Shown: positions 1 to 13,150 of the stretch, piece by piece | Layout of the letters: every line of letters starts with the position of its first letter | Position numbering within the stretch: the stretch's first letter is position 1 | Assembly (NCBI GenBank): GCA_012295275.1 | Contig: CM022673.1 | Span: 7,502,001 to 7,566,000 of the forward strand | DNA: 64,000 nucleotides | Source: Chrysomallon squamiferum | Taxonomy: Eukaryota > Animalia > Mollusca | Direction of reading: 5' to 3' | Notes under the pieces: model-generated | What the model saw: the letters and a program-made list of their open reading frames with translations, nothing else | What the model was told of the DNA's origin: nothing | Databases searched by the model: none | Program-made: the position numbers and the translations under genes

Positions 1-56
<56 letters not shown>
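1..56. repeat. (GA)n microsatellite
   Basis: Seen directly; runs off the window start. Confidence 0.98.
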
Positions 57-58
<2 letters not shown>

Positions 59-1492
59 GTGAACAAAATGTTCAGTAATATTTTATTTCTGCTTTGTGTG
101 TGAGCCTGTCATGTGCGTGCGTGCGTGTATGAATTCATTGCCCTCGATATATTTTTAAAAATCAACACAGTCACAAAGCAGTTCTTTTCGATAAATAATA
201 TACTTATAAACAATATTCTTTTCTTGACATTGAAATGACGGCAATCAATAACGTTTCCTTTTCTCATTAATTTTATTCTCACTACTATTCCTCATTCTTC
301 TGCATTTCCTTCTTCTTCTTCTTCTTGTTCCTCTTCTTATTCTTTAATAACAAATCTGAACTAAATGAAAAACGTTCCTATTTGTGCACTTTTCATATCG
401 TTCGTCTTAATAAATCGTCTGTTTATTGAAAGCTGCTGATCGCGTCCGTTGTAATTGGTTCGAAGCAGTTAGTTAAAGCGAGCCGGCTGTCGGTCTAGCT
501 CTGAAATTCCATGTAACAGAGATACACTCAAATCCCTGGAGTGCTGTGGGTCATCGCTAATTTTGATTAGCCACACAGTCACAAACACAGTCGCTCAGTC
601 TTGGAAAGCCGCTAATTCGATTGTTTTGGACATTCGAGAAGCGACCTGCCAGGCTGCTTCGATGAATTTGTTCCAGAATTCAGTCGAAAGTCAATTTCCT
701 GAAAAATCCTTTCTTTTCTTCTTTTCTTTTCTTTTTTTTTTTTTTTTTTTTTTTCCTAGTACATTTTCTTTGTTTTAAATTGAAAACTGCTAGAAAGCGA
801 TGTGTCAAAACTGCACCCGAGAACCACGTGTGTGATGATGATACTGGTAAATTTTCTTCAGTTTTTCAAACACAAATTATGGGATTCTTCGTGTTTTCGC
901 GATTGTCGCAGACACGTAGATTGATAATTTAGGTAAAGTCATGAAATTGTCTGAACGAATATTATGATAAAGTACACTGAATTTATGTTGACCATTCATT
1001 AACTTAACCAAAGAGAACTCTAAAAAAAATGACCCTTGATTAAATAAAACAGACGTCTGGATTATTTACCTAAAACGCTGTCAGCTGGTATATCAGTGTG
1101 TTAGTTGTTTGAAAACGTCCATATACGGATCTTGTGTCGTCTGTTAGTTTAGCAGTACCTAGCAGTGATCTATAGTCCCTGAATGAACTAGGCGGATATT
1201 TTAATAACGTAACTCTGAAACAACATTAGCACGGGGAAATTGTGAAACACCTCTGTCTTGGATATTCAATCCAAAAGTGAAGAATGACTTTGTTAAATTT
1301 GATGTAATGATTAACTCAGGCTTCACTGCTACTTACTCTGCGAGGATGCGAACCGATTACCTACCAGCTCTGCTCATTTGTTCGAGTTACATATAAATCA
1401 TGTCTATCCTTTTAGAACAATTAGAAACTTTTTTCTTCTTCTTCTTCTTCTTATTTTTTTTTTTGCATTTATTTGTTTATTTATCTATCTGT

Positions 1493-1636
1493 GTATGTAT
1501 GTATGTATGTATGTATGTATGTATGTATGTATGTATGTATGTATGTATGTATGTATGTATGTATGTATGTATGTATGTATGAATGTATATGTATGTATAT
1601 ATATTTTATATATGTATGTATATATATGTTTGTGTA

Positions 1637-1669
<33 letters not shown>
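1493..1669. repeat. Compound (GTAT)n / (GT)n microsatellite
   Basis: Seen directly; explains the MYVC- and VC-repeat ORFs at 1378-1774. Confidence 0.95.
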
Positions 1670-1672
<3 letters not shown>

Positions 1673-2834
1673 GGAAAAAAAGAATCAAAAAGTAACAATA
1701 TAATGAATAATAATAATAAAGAAAAAGAAAAAAACCATTTAATTAATGGATTAACGAATGAAAGATCTGATTAAACGGCTGGTTAATTTTTTTAAAAAGT
1801 TCAATTAGTGCAGCAGCAAAGTAAGCTTAGAGGAAAAAAATATGAAAAAAAAAATAGTTAACATTACGAAAATCGAAACGCATATAGATTTTTTTTTAAA
1901 TATACAACAAAAGCATTGCACTAGATATAACCAAAAACTTAATAAAAAAATGACTTCTTGTACAAGAATTGCAAAAAAAAAAACACGAGTAATACTATTT
2001 ATTATTTTACATAAGATACTATTTCACACGGTAGGTTTGCATGATGTATTGCATTCGTTAAACGTATGTGTGACGTTAATCCACAACCATCATCAACATC
2101 ATCATCTCATTTCCAGTGGGTTGTTTGTAGTCCAAAACAAATACGTATGACCGCAACATCAACTTTATTCATTTTTTGGACGATAATAATGGTAACTTTC
2201 TGAATTTCTGGATTCGCCACGTATAACTCATTTCATCCTGAAAACGTTAATCAAAACAGTCAAGATACCCTCTATTTTCTTGAAATCATGGATCCAGCCT
2301 TTCTATATCATTTCTTGATTAATACAGAGATGTTAAAATACTGTGGAGCGGAAGGGGGGGGGGTATGTTACATTTATGTCCAGCAATATGAGAAGACGTC
2401 AGGATCATAAAAAAAAAAAATTTGCGAGAAGACGTTATTCGTTTAATCACAGTTATATCAGTTCTCATTAACGTTCCATCGATCTTGGGTTCTAATCAGG
2501 GACAGGACAACCTTAGCTGGCTGTAAAAAGTAGCAGACATTAAAAAACAATTAGTCGTTAATATTGTGACAGCCGGACTAATTTTTCGTGTTTGTTTTGT
2601 GAAGAAATCAATCTGGGACGAGCATCTTGCGCTGTTACCCTTCTTCAATAGTTAAATATTTTTTCCCTTTTGATAAATATGTTCGTGATAATATTTTAAA
2701 GGTCTTGAAGATAATGATGAAATATTTTTTGGGACAGTGATAACTAAAATACTAGTTTCTTTAATTAGGTTCGGACCAAAAGTAATCACGTTGTATCAAA
2801 TCAGTTACAAAATTGTTTTAATTGGTGTTTTATC

Positions 2835-2879
<45 letters not shown>

Positions 2880-3646
2880 CCAAAGAAAGATTTTCAAATT
2901 ATTTTTTAAAGAAACGAAATAAAAAAAAAAAAAAAAAAATAAAGAAAAAATAAAATAAAAAAAGAAAACAGAATATTTATACAAAAACTAATATAAGAAT
3001 AAGAAACGTAATTCATAATTGAATACCTCCATAAAACGTGAAAGAAAAAGTCATTAAAGCTAGATTATTAAATTCTCACAATAATCAAAAAAAAAACGCA
3101 TTAAAGTTTATTATTCTAGCGCCAGAACTGTTGAAACGGAGTTCTTTAATTTATTTCTCTATGATATTTTAATACGCGATTGTGTTCTCGATTGTGTTCA
3201 CAATGGCTTTTAATTCCCTCTGGATAAAATATTAAACATGCACGCCTCTCTCTATTTCAAAACAACCTTCTCGTGCTTTTACAAGCTAAAGCACACAAAC
3301 TGTTCAGTTTTAAAATAAAATCAACGCATTTCCCAGTATAATATAATACACACCTTAAGAGACATGTGATTTTTAATCTTTCTGATACAAACTAAACAGT
3401 TATATCCAGGTTTATTGGACTCTATTCTGTTGCAGATGTTTTATTTTCTTTCCCATCTTTAAGAAAGTGCACAGACAAAGTACTTCGTTACTAATCTATA
3501 ATAGTACAATAGCGTCAATTAGTTTTCTTTCTTATGTCACTGAATATCAAACTTCCGATGTTTTAAACATTATATTCATTCATTCATGTTTTGTTCCTTT
3601 TGAACATCAAATTGTGTAGGATTAATGGTAGTCTTTCATATAGGAT

Positions 3647-3727
<81 letters not shown>

Positions 3728-6700
3728 TTTTTGTTGTTGTTGTTTTTATTCTATTTTTAAAAATTTAAAAATATATTGAAATATAGAGTTAGAAAAAGAT
3801 GCAGAAAGACAATGGTTAAAAAATGATAACAATATTTTATATCAAATATAGACAGAGATAGAGATAATTTTATCCTAACAAAGGATATAAAGTTAAACAC
3901 TTAAGAGTTGGCCATTCTAACCAGTTTTATAGAATTTAACCGTTAAAAGATAGTGTTTTTACATATTTTCAACGGAACTTAAGACACGTGGAAATAAAGC
4001 CCGAGGCGTTTTCACTCGGCAATTTATTGACAAACCTGTAAACGGTATCTTTTAAACCAGTCATGGAAGAGCGTCGAGAGTTGGTCAACGGGTGAGTTTT
4101 CCGTTCTTCACGGTGATCGGGTGGTTGTAAACATGGCCGACGCAAACAGATTTTTATCGATATCAGTTCGATTCATTTCCGTCGCAGTGCTATCAGTCGT
4201 ACTTACAAACCTATTGAGATGACAAGCGCACACAGTTCATACAACTTAGTGAGAAATATTGGCAATGCAGAATTAAAGTTCAAATGGTTGTTTACTGACA
4301 CAACAACCCAAAATATTGAGGTTAGTTCTGTGAAGAAAAAAAAAAAGAACCATGTTAAATTCTGTAATCTCCTTCTAAGTTTATGGTTTGAATCGAGTTT
4401 TACTGCGCATTTTGTTTGTTTTTTAAAGCCGAATTTAGGAAAGATTTAAAACAGTTATTCGCAAGCGCCGTTTTATTGCTGTCTAGATTAGTAATGACAG
4501 ATGAAAATCTGCTAATGATTTTAAAAGAATAATGGTCGGATATGAAATAAAATTAGTCCGCTCATTCAGTTCTTTCTATTCTCTGTTTTGTTTTCTTTTC
4601 AATATACAACAGAGCCAATTGATATTGCTTTATTATTATCTATAGATAAACAAAAATAAATAAAAATAATTTCATGAAGCATTTATAATAAGTCTGAAAT
4701 GTGTTATTAATCAGAAAAAGGCAAATGGCCTTTAGCAGGTATGTTCATAAAGTTATATCTACTAAAATTTGTTATTGGTTTCTCCAATTTTTCTACGAAC
4801 TAGTTCAGGGGTTAGAGCACTTCGCTGTTGATGAAATACATTTGCCCTCCGCTCCCTACTTCATTGACATCGAATAGTTATCTAGTTTGACAGTACTTTC
4901 CTTTGTATTTGTTAGAAAATTCATATATAAATTTTGTTTCAATATATACGTATGTATGTATGTGTGTATGTATATGTATGTATATGTAAGTACGTATTTA
5001 TATTTGTGTGTGTATCTGTCCGTGCATATGCATAATATATCTACGTTTGTGCGGCAAAACACATTATATCATTCAACACACCAATAATATTTAACGGTTA
5101 TTGCTTTCAGTATATAACTGTTAAGAGGTAAACTTTATCATCTTTGTCAGGCAGGCCACGCCACGAGCATCCACCAGTTAACGGTTTATTGTAAATAATT
5201 GTCCAGTTCGTTTAAGATGCTCTGAGGTCTTCGCGGCTCGCTGGGCGGCTACCAAAACCCAACACAAAGAGATAAACGACGAAACGTGCCTCAGTAAACA
5301 ATTATTCGGTCATGAAAAATCTCTTCCATCGCTTGTAAGTGCTAGAAGATAGTAGAGCAGCATTGATTTCTTCCTCTGGTATTGTTTCCTTGCCATTCTC
5401 TTGGAAGTTCCATCCCCGCGGTGAAGATTCATTCTCAACCCTTTAATTGCCTCTGTGCGATGCGAAATCGTATCAGCGGTTAACGAAGTCTGAGGTGACA
5501 TGTTTTTTGGGGGGGAAATCTGGATAGCGTAGTCGATAATTATTAAAATTTACCACGTTGTCATCATCCGCATTAAATGTTACCCATCTTGATATTTGAC
5601 GGCCAGTTTTATTGGCGAACAAAAAAAAAGTTAAATATTTTTCGCAATACGCCTACTGAAATTTTTTTTTTTTTTTTTTTTTTATAATTATTTTTATTCA
5701 GTTAAAGTCGTAAAAAAAATAGTCGTTTATTATGCTAACCGTTTCACACTATCTTACCAACCTATAAATAAATTACAGACAGATAACTTTCCTCGTTAGT
5801 TATGAATACAAAGTTTCTGAAATTACTTTCAATAATTAAATTTAATTTCAGCTAGATAGATGTGGGTTTTTTTTTTTTACAGACACGTTAACACATTTTA
5901 AAAATTAACCTTATTTACAGTTTCAGTTTATAATTAATATTTAAAGTGGAAAATTCGGCTATTGCTCCAAGTGTTGCTAAAAAGGAACTGCATCAGTTAA
6001 TACACGTTGTTATAGGCAGGAAAGCACATACCATAACCTATGGAGGCACCCTGTAGCTGGAAATAATAATAAAAAAAAAAAAAAAAAAACATTGCGTGAC
6101 GGTTAATGAAAACCGTTATGTTTTTCTAAGTATAGGGGTAATTGCAAATACTATTATTATTATTATTATTAGTTAACATTAAACTATGGTGGTTCAGGTC
6201 TATAAAATATATTTAATTCAAAGGCGAAATTGGAAAAGAAATAACTAAAAACAGAGGGAAGAATCTATACTTTATCATCAACATCATCATCATCATCATC
6301 ATCATTATTATTATTATTAATGTTACTGTTGTGTAGTATAGTAGTAGTGGTTGTTGTTGTTACCATCAGCATTATTTTAAAATATATAGCTTTCTTTTGA
6401 TTTTAATTTGGGTTTTTTTCTTCAGAAAATCTAAAGAAGAACGCCTGAAAAAGTCTATTCTAATTTTTTCCTTTTTACTAAAACTGTTCACAGCCAAGAA
6501 TTCTTCTATCTACACAGGAAATCTTCCGCTTCTGTTGTTTTCTTCACTCATATTCAAAATTTACATCTTTTCATTATTTCTTTTTCTATCTATGTTTTTG
6601 TCCATATTTGTATAACTATACGCCGGTATTTGTAAACAGCGAAAGAGTCTGACATTTATTAATGCTGTTTACATCCAGTATCTTGCCTCAGTCGCTGTTT

Positions 6701-7071
6701 TATCACACTGTCGTGTCTTTCATCTGGATTGGTTCTTATAGACACAAGGTTTAATGTGCTTCCTTGTTAAGTAAATAAGTCTTCTGCTTTGTTTATTAAC
6801 ATAGTTAATTTCGGTGAAATAGTTTTAGCAGTAGCTACATATAGTTATGTACACGGATACAGACATATACACACCTACAGGCACATACATAAATAATTTA
6901 AAAAAAAGAAATCAGTAATGATATTACTATTATTAATGATAAAAATTGATATATATATATACAAATTTTTTTTTTTTTTTTATTGTTTTTTCGAACGTAT
7001 GAAAGAATAGTTATCGCGAAATCTGGAATTATGTTTGCTCGAAACCAGGAGATATAAAACATAGATAGATG

Positions 7072-7136
<65 letters not shown>

Positions 7137-8985
7137 GGATAGATAGATTTATATTATGTTTTCTATAACGGACTGGCTTTAATGCTCATTCGTAAAAGAG
7201 TTATAACATTTACAACTTTATTTTTCATTATCTTGTTTTTTAACACATCGGACACTAGAGAGTGCGAGAGAGAGTTAAAAAAGAATTGATTTGACTTTTG
7301 CTATCAAACATTGTCTGGAGGTAATCTGCATTATTAAACAATAATCGCATATTTTTTTTTCGAATTTTTCGCTGAAATGTCAAAGACTTGTATAGAGGTG
7401 GAAAAAAGAAACAAAGAAAATTGAAAGAAAAGAAAGTAAAAAAAATAATAAAAACGCTAGAGATAAATTAACATATATTATTTCAGTTTTAGGAAGTTCT
7501 AAGGGAAATAGTTTAATATCATTTCTTAAGTTAAAACTAAACGTAGGTATGGATTTTAAATATTTCGGTTAAAACAAACGTATGTGTATTAAATCGAAAT
7601 TAAAATGAGAATGAGAGAAAGAGTGATTGCTTTGAGTGACAGGGGGACAGCGAAGAGAGAAAGAGGGAGAAGTAAGGGAAGGAGTTAAAGAGAAAGAACG
7701 AAAAATAAAAAAAACTGAAGAAAGAAAGAGAAGAAATAAATAAAAGAATGACTGAAATAGACACAGAGAGCGTAGGGACAGAGAAAATGATGAAGTTACA
7801 AAATAACAGAGAACGAATGAGATTGAAAATCCCAAACACAAATCTCTTCAAACGATAAAAATTAGCTCATTTTTTTAATTATTATTACATGTATGTGTTT
7901 CAGCAATAAAACCACAACATTAACAATTCCATTTAATTATTTAGTATCAAAAAAAAAAAAAAAAAAAAAAAATTAAAGGTTCTCTACCGTTGTTGTTGAA
8001 ATATAATTATACTAACAATTCCCTTGTTTAATGTATTGAATAACAGATTTTTTTGTATAAGTATTTTTAACTGGTAATGTTTGTTTGAGTAACATGAAGT
8101 GGATTCTACTTACTTGACTCAGAAGCAAACAATTAGTCACGCCGTGCGTAACACAAACTAAACGACGACTAACAATAAACCTAGTTTTCGCTATAAAAGA
8201 CAACCCATGTGTACACGTTCAACTCGGGTTCTTCTCGAGGGAGTAAGGTATCTTGGGACACGCAGGATTGGTATTAAATCAATACAGTAAAATGAATGTC
8301 TTCCTGGTAAAAACAACTGTGCCTGTATAAAAATCTGGGATGAGTATGTTTTTGTTAAGCACAGAGGTGTCATGTTGACTGGTCGATGAAAAAAAAAAAA
8401 AATCTAATAAATGCTGAAATGATTCGTGTCTGAATACATCACGTACAGTTTTAAATACACGTTCACGTATACACACGCATTCATGCAAACCTCGATTTGC
8501 CATTATCTCATAATGTGTGTGTGTATCTGTGTGTGTGTGTGTGTGTGTGTGTCTGTGTGTATATACCTGTAAATGTGAGTACATAAAAAAAACTATCGTC
8601 ATTTAGATATAGCGGAGCGGAATGCAGTTCGTACGTTGGGGAATTCGAATCCCTGGCAGTAAGGGTTACTGTAATTGAATATGTTCTTCTCAATAATAAT
8701 AAAATTCATTATAAAATCTAGTGCAATGTTAGAAAAACGAATGTATTCGCTCGTTCATTCACTCCTTAATTCACCCAGTCAGCCAGTTAATTAATTAATG
8801 AACTGCCAACTGTTCGTCATAATCTCTGGAGTAATTTGTAATTATACAACCACGGTATCATACAACAATACTGAAGCTAGCATAAAACAGACGATTCTTT
8901 TATTGTATGGCTACTTAATCATTATTACGTCATCATGCTATGTATAATATAATTAGCTGCAAAAATTATTCCTTGTGTTTTTCAG

Positions 8986-9339
8986 GTAATTTCGAAGTAC
9001 CGTCCTTAGTTTCTGGTCGAATAGGATCGAAAACACGTCTAGAGTGTCGTTTAAACGGCGGCTATCGTTGGTACGTCATCTCGTGGTATAAAGTTGACTC
9101 CAAAGGGAAAAAAGAACTCTTGGTTAGCCTCCCGTCTGATACGAAGACACCCGATTGGTCGACAACGGACTCTGGTTACCGACGGCGCATGCGTCCGAAG
9201 ATATCCATAGAGAAGTTTCGGACTGAATTCAACTTGGAGCTGGCACATTTGTCGTGTGAAGATGAAGGGCAAATTTTTCAGTGCATCATCATAGGACAGA
9301 CTGGAACAATGAGTGGAACTACTCGCATACATACTTACA
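8986..9339 (+). CDS. Two-Ig-domain GPI-type protein, internal exon encoding a V-type Ig domain
   Basis: Acceptor ttttcag|GT and donor TAC A|gtatgc; 354 nt, phase 1-1. Translation GNFEVPSLVSGRIGSKTRLECRLNGGYRWYVISWYK...FNLELAHLSCEDEGQIFQCIIIG has the Ig B-strand Cys, C-strand Trp and an F-strand D-x-G-x-x-F-x-C variant. Confidence 0.9.
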
Positions 9340-9900
9340 GTATGCAAACATCTATATAATTATATGTATATTTTACAGTGCAAAGTTATATATTTAAATA
9401 TACATATACATACACATACATACACATACATACATACATACATACATTCATACATATTCAATTTTTCTTCTTTTTTCTTTTTCTTTTTCGTTTGGTCTTC
9501 TTTATATTCTTTATTTATTTCTGCCTGTCTTTCTTTCTATTTGTGTTTTCTTTATTTCTGCTTGTTTTTATAATCGTTTGTTTCCTATATCCATAATAAA
9601 TATGCAGTACGAAAGAAAATAATTTGCCTAAAACGTACTCAGAATTTTACAAAATTTAATTTAGAAAATTATATTGTACTACATTACCTTAACCTATGTT
9701 ATATCATGTCATGTCATATTGCCATAATCATATCACATTATATATATAATATTAGTATATTTACGGTATATTTTTATATATCGCCACATAATTAAGATGT
9801 GTATTTACAAATGTTTTTGTGGGGTTTTTTCAATTAACATTTCAAATAAATTTTCAAGACCATTAATTTTACACATGATAATAAGTCTTCGTAATTTCAG

Positions 9901-10227
9901 GCGAACCATCACGACCACAGATACATTACGACTACCTTTATATCGAAATGAATTCGTCATTCGAAATTGACTGTCAAGCCGACGTGGGATTTCCTCCAAA
10001 GAAAATTGTGTGGATGTACAAATCTGCCAAACAAAATGACTTCCATGTGCTTAGGTCGCAACAGCCGCAAACCCAAGTGTCGTCAGAGGACTGCCACATT
10101 ATAGCCAGGCGACCAGTGAACGTGTTCATGGATAAAGAAAATTCAGGAGCAATCTATAGGTGTACGATCGAGGGATACGATTTTAAGAATCAGAAATATT
10201 TTGATGAAGTCACTGTGCAGTTACCAA
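9901..10227 (+). CDS. Two-Ig-domain GPI-type protein, exon encoding the second (C2/I-type) Ig domain
   Basis: Acceptor tttcag|GC and donor CCA A|gtatgt; 327 nt, phase 1-1. SEPSRPQIHY...FEIDCQADVGFPPKKIVWMYK...ENSGAIYRCTIEG shows the Ig C-W-YxC pattern. Confidence 0.9.
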
Positions 10228-10247
10228 GTATGTCCTTTATATCTCTG

Positions 10248-10372
10248 TGGACTATTTTATTAATTTTAATGTTTTATATCATTATCATCATCATAATTAG
10301 AAAAAACACCTGGACTATTTTATTAATTTTAATATTTTTTATCATTATCATCATCATAATTAGAAAAACACC
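10248..10372. repeat. Two-copy ~63 bp tandem duplication in an intron
   Basis: tggactattttattaattttaat...cataattagaaaaa(a)cacc starts at 10248 and again at 10311. Confidence 0.9.
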
Positions 10373-11183
10373 GAGTTATCAATAAGGTAAAAAAAATGTC
10401 ATGAAAAAAATAAAATAAAATAATAATAATAATAATAATAATGAAAACATGGTAATAATATGAACCACTCTCTTTGATAGTGTGGTATTTTCATGGGTCT
10501 AGAATTAACTGAGATGTTAAGTAGCTGCATCTCTCAGTCAACAAATTCTCTCACACACCATCTGTAAAATAATATACAGCTACATACTTTCATAGGAATA
10601 TAAGACGAATGCTTCACAAGTGAAAACATTCCCAACGCAATCAAAATAATGAAATCTTACTACCGTATGATCTGGAAAAAAAAAACTCGTACTCTTATGT
10701 CGCAAGGTTGTGTTGTAGATTTATCGTTACACGGGGAAAGTAATTTCATAAAATTTTAACTATGATGTTGATTACAATGCCAAGAATATTGGGTCTTATT
10801 TCTATTTTAAGACCTGTATCAGATCGATTTAAAATCAGTATGTTACTGTAAACCTCTCTGAGGATTAAACGTATATCGTGCAAGGGTTTGGGTGAAAATG
10901 GTTGGTTATTACTTTAATATATTGCAACTGTTGTTATTGTTGTTATTTGTTGTTATTTGTTGGTCTTCGTCTTCCTTTTCTTCTTCTAATGATTATTATT
11001 ATTAAAGACTCGTACATATACTGAAAGATATGGATTGAAAGAGCGAGTGAAATACACAGAGGGGGAAAGATAGATAATGATATTGTAAGTCTAAAGAAAA
11101 AGAAAATTAAAAGAGAGAGAATTAAATACTTAGCTCCAAGATAAACTATTTTAGAAACTAATGAATCATCTAAATGATTCACA

Positions 11184-11266
<83 letters not shown>

Positions 11267-11409
11267 GTCTCTGTATGTGTGTCACTCTCATTCTCTCTTT
11301 GTCATTTTCTTTCCTTTACATTTTGTTCCTTCACTCTTTTCTTATTTTTCTAAGTCACACAAAATGTCATTTTTCTTCTTCCTGTTTTTTCTTATTTTTT
11401 ATAATATAG

Positions 11410-11496
11410 AGGTCCATATTGACACCATGTCAGATACCCAAGAACACCCTGAAAATGTCAGATGTTCAGATATGGCATGTATGGCAGAATCCAAAG
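11410..11496 (+). CDS. Two-Ig-domain GPI-type protein, stalk exon
   Basis: Long pyrimidine tract then atatag|AG; donor AAA G|gtaaga; 87 nt, phase 1-1; (K)VHIDTMSDTQEHPENVRCSDMACMAESK. Confidence 0.8.
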
Positions 11497-11821
11497 GTAA
11501 GACCAAAGACCTCACGTACATAACATTATATGTATAGAGAGACACACACATTTACGTACAAACTATATACATTGGATATGCCACACACACATATACACGT
11601 ACTTACATTCATTTATACATACATATAAATGTACCTACATAAATCCATACATACATAGATACAAACACACTTACTTAATTACTTATTTACTTACTTACTT
11701 ACACACACACATATATATATATCTTAGGAATAATACTAAGACAAACCGAGAGACCGATAAAACTTTAAGAATTTCAAATAACAGTTAATCTTCTAATTGT
11801 TTAATTCTTTGCTCATTTCAG

Positions 11822-11910
11822 ACTTAACAAATACAGCTGTATCAGTGAACTTGGCTCTTCATACTGTCCTTCTGAGCGTCGTATTGACTTTTTGGTGGCA
11901 GAAAAACTGA
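11822..11910 (+). CDS. Two-Ig-domain GPI-type protein, terminal exon with a GPI-attachment-like signal
   Basis: Acceptor catttcag|AC keeps the frame; DLTNTAVSVNLALHTVLLSVVLTFWWQKN-stop has small residues (N-T-A), a spacer and a hydrophobic tail with almost no cytoplasmic segment. GPI anchoring is inferred. Confidence 0.8.
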
Positions 11911-12532
11911 ACCTTCATTCATGCGGTTGTGACAAACTGAAACATCGTCTACTTCAGCGCTGGACAGTTCAAGGATCCCTAATTCTCTAATACACAACAA
12001 CAAAAAATGTTGTTGGCGAACAAAAAAGCTATTTAGTCATGAAATCAAATATCCAGTGATGTCGGATGCTCACCAAAACAATCAAACAAGAACAGATAGC
12101 ATTAAATGACACGGATGTTCTAATCATGGAAAATATTTGTTGGTATCAGTCATCATAACCATGTCAGAAAGAAATTTAGGATATTGTGATTTGTTTTAGA
12201 CTAAAAAGCGGGAAAATATTATTTAGCTTTTTCTCTAGTTCCTGTCACAAATGTAGAAAAGTTAGTGAAACAAACTGTTCATGGTGTAACTGTGAATTAT
12301 TCTCGAAACCAAACAAACAAAACATTATAAAAAAAAATATGTTTAGTTATATATAAATAAAAATAAAAGTTGACAAAATTGTCAGCGCTTTGTAAGAAAA
12401 CAGTTTTGTAAAAATGCAGCTTTAAAAAAATTAATGGTGTAGATTTGTATTATAATTATTATTATACGTTATCAGAAATATAACGATTTGAGAAATATGA
12501 TAACGTAATATCTCGCTTTACGTGGCGACTCA

Positions 12533-13150
12533 GTTACGTTACTGAAATTGTGATGGATAGGTAAACATGGCAATGTGACGTCACGTCGATGTAAATAATT
12601 ACGTCATGTTAATTTAGAAAATTACATTACTAAAGATGTAACTCTTTGGAAAATACAGTAACATAATGTGACTTTAGAGAGTAAAAAGTTACACCACAAA
12701 GGTTGCAATTGGAAGATATAGTAACATATCGTGACGCTGGTGTAAAATGTTAGGTTAACGAAGTTGTAGTTGGAAAATATAGTATTGTAATGTAACGTTA
12801 ACGTATTGTGTCGTAATAGGAAAAATATATCAAAACATGATATTTGTGTAGAAGGTTACGTTACTTAAGTTTTATTTGGAACATAACGTGACATTTATGT
12901 AAAACGTTACGTTACTAAATTTGTAATTGGAACGTAACGTGTCATTTCCGTAATATATTATGTTCTTGAAATTGTGACTGGAAAATATAATAATAAAACA
13001 AGACTTTATTGTAAAAGTTGTAGTTTGAAAATTTAGTAATATATCGTGAATATTGGTGTAAAAAGGTACATTATTAAAATTGTAATTGGAAAATACAATG
13101 GAAAAGTTGAAGTTGTTTAGAAATCACGATAACGTATGGTAACGTTATTG
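12533..13150. repeat. Degenerate ~50-63 bp minisatellite downstream of the Ig gene
   Basis: Recurring gttac(a/g)ttactaaa.ttgtaattggaaaata(c/t)agtaaca...gtgac unit; ttggaa-like anchors near 12646, 12709, 12771, 12877, 12927, 12979, 13025, 13086. Confidence 0.75.

Noticed and set aside
421-935. CpG-rich stretch with possible donors at ~846 and ~932 as first exon of the Ig gene
   Set aside because: No ATG-initiated hydrophobic frame ends in phase 1. It may be non-coding leader or regulatory DNA but cannot be supported.
1378-1774. ORFs made of MYVC, VC, SL, RE, HT or poly-I repeats, here and throughout the window
   Set aside because: They are translations of microsatellites, with no splice or homology support.
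4801-4820. tRNA A-box-like TAGTTCAGGGGTTAGAGCAC
   Set aside because: No B-box or cloverleaf follows; at most a SINE relic.
5362-5424. Hydrophobic frame IDFFLWYCFLAILLEVPSPR resembling a signal peptide
   Set aside because: It is preceded by in-frame stops with no ATG, and the nearby donor is in the wrong phase.
6397-6615. Hydrophobic ORF after a good acceptor at 6425
   Set aside because: T-rich low complexity, and no phase-1 donor before its stop.
8636-8656. T-arm-like ggggaattcgaatccct
   Set aside because: The closing pair is mismatched and no D arm or acceptor stem is present.
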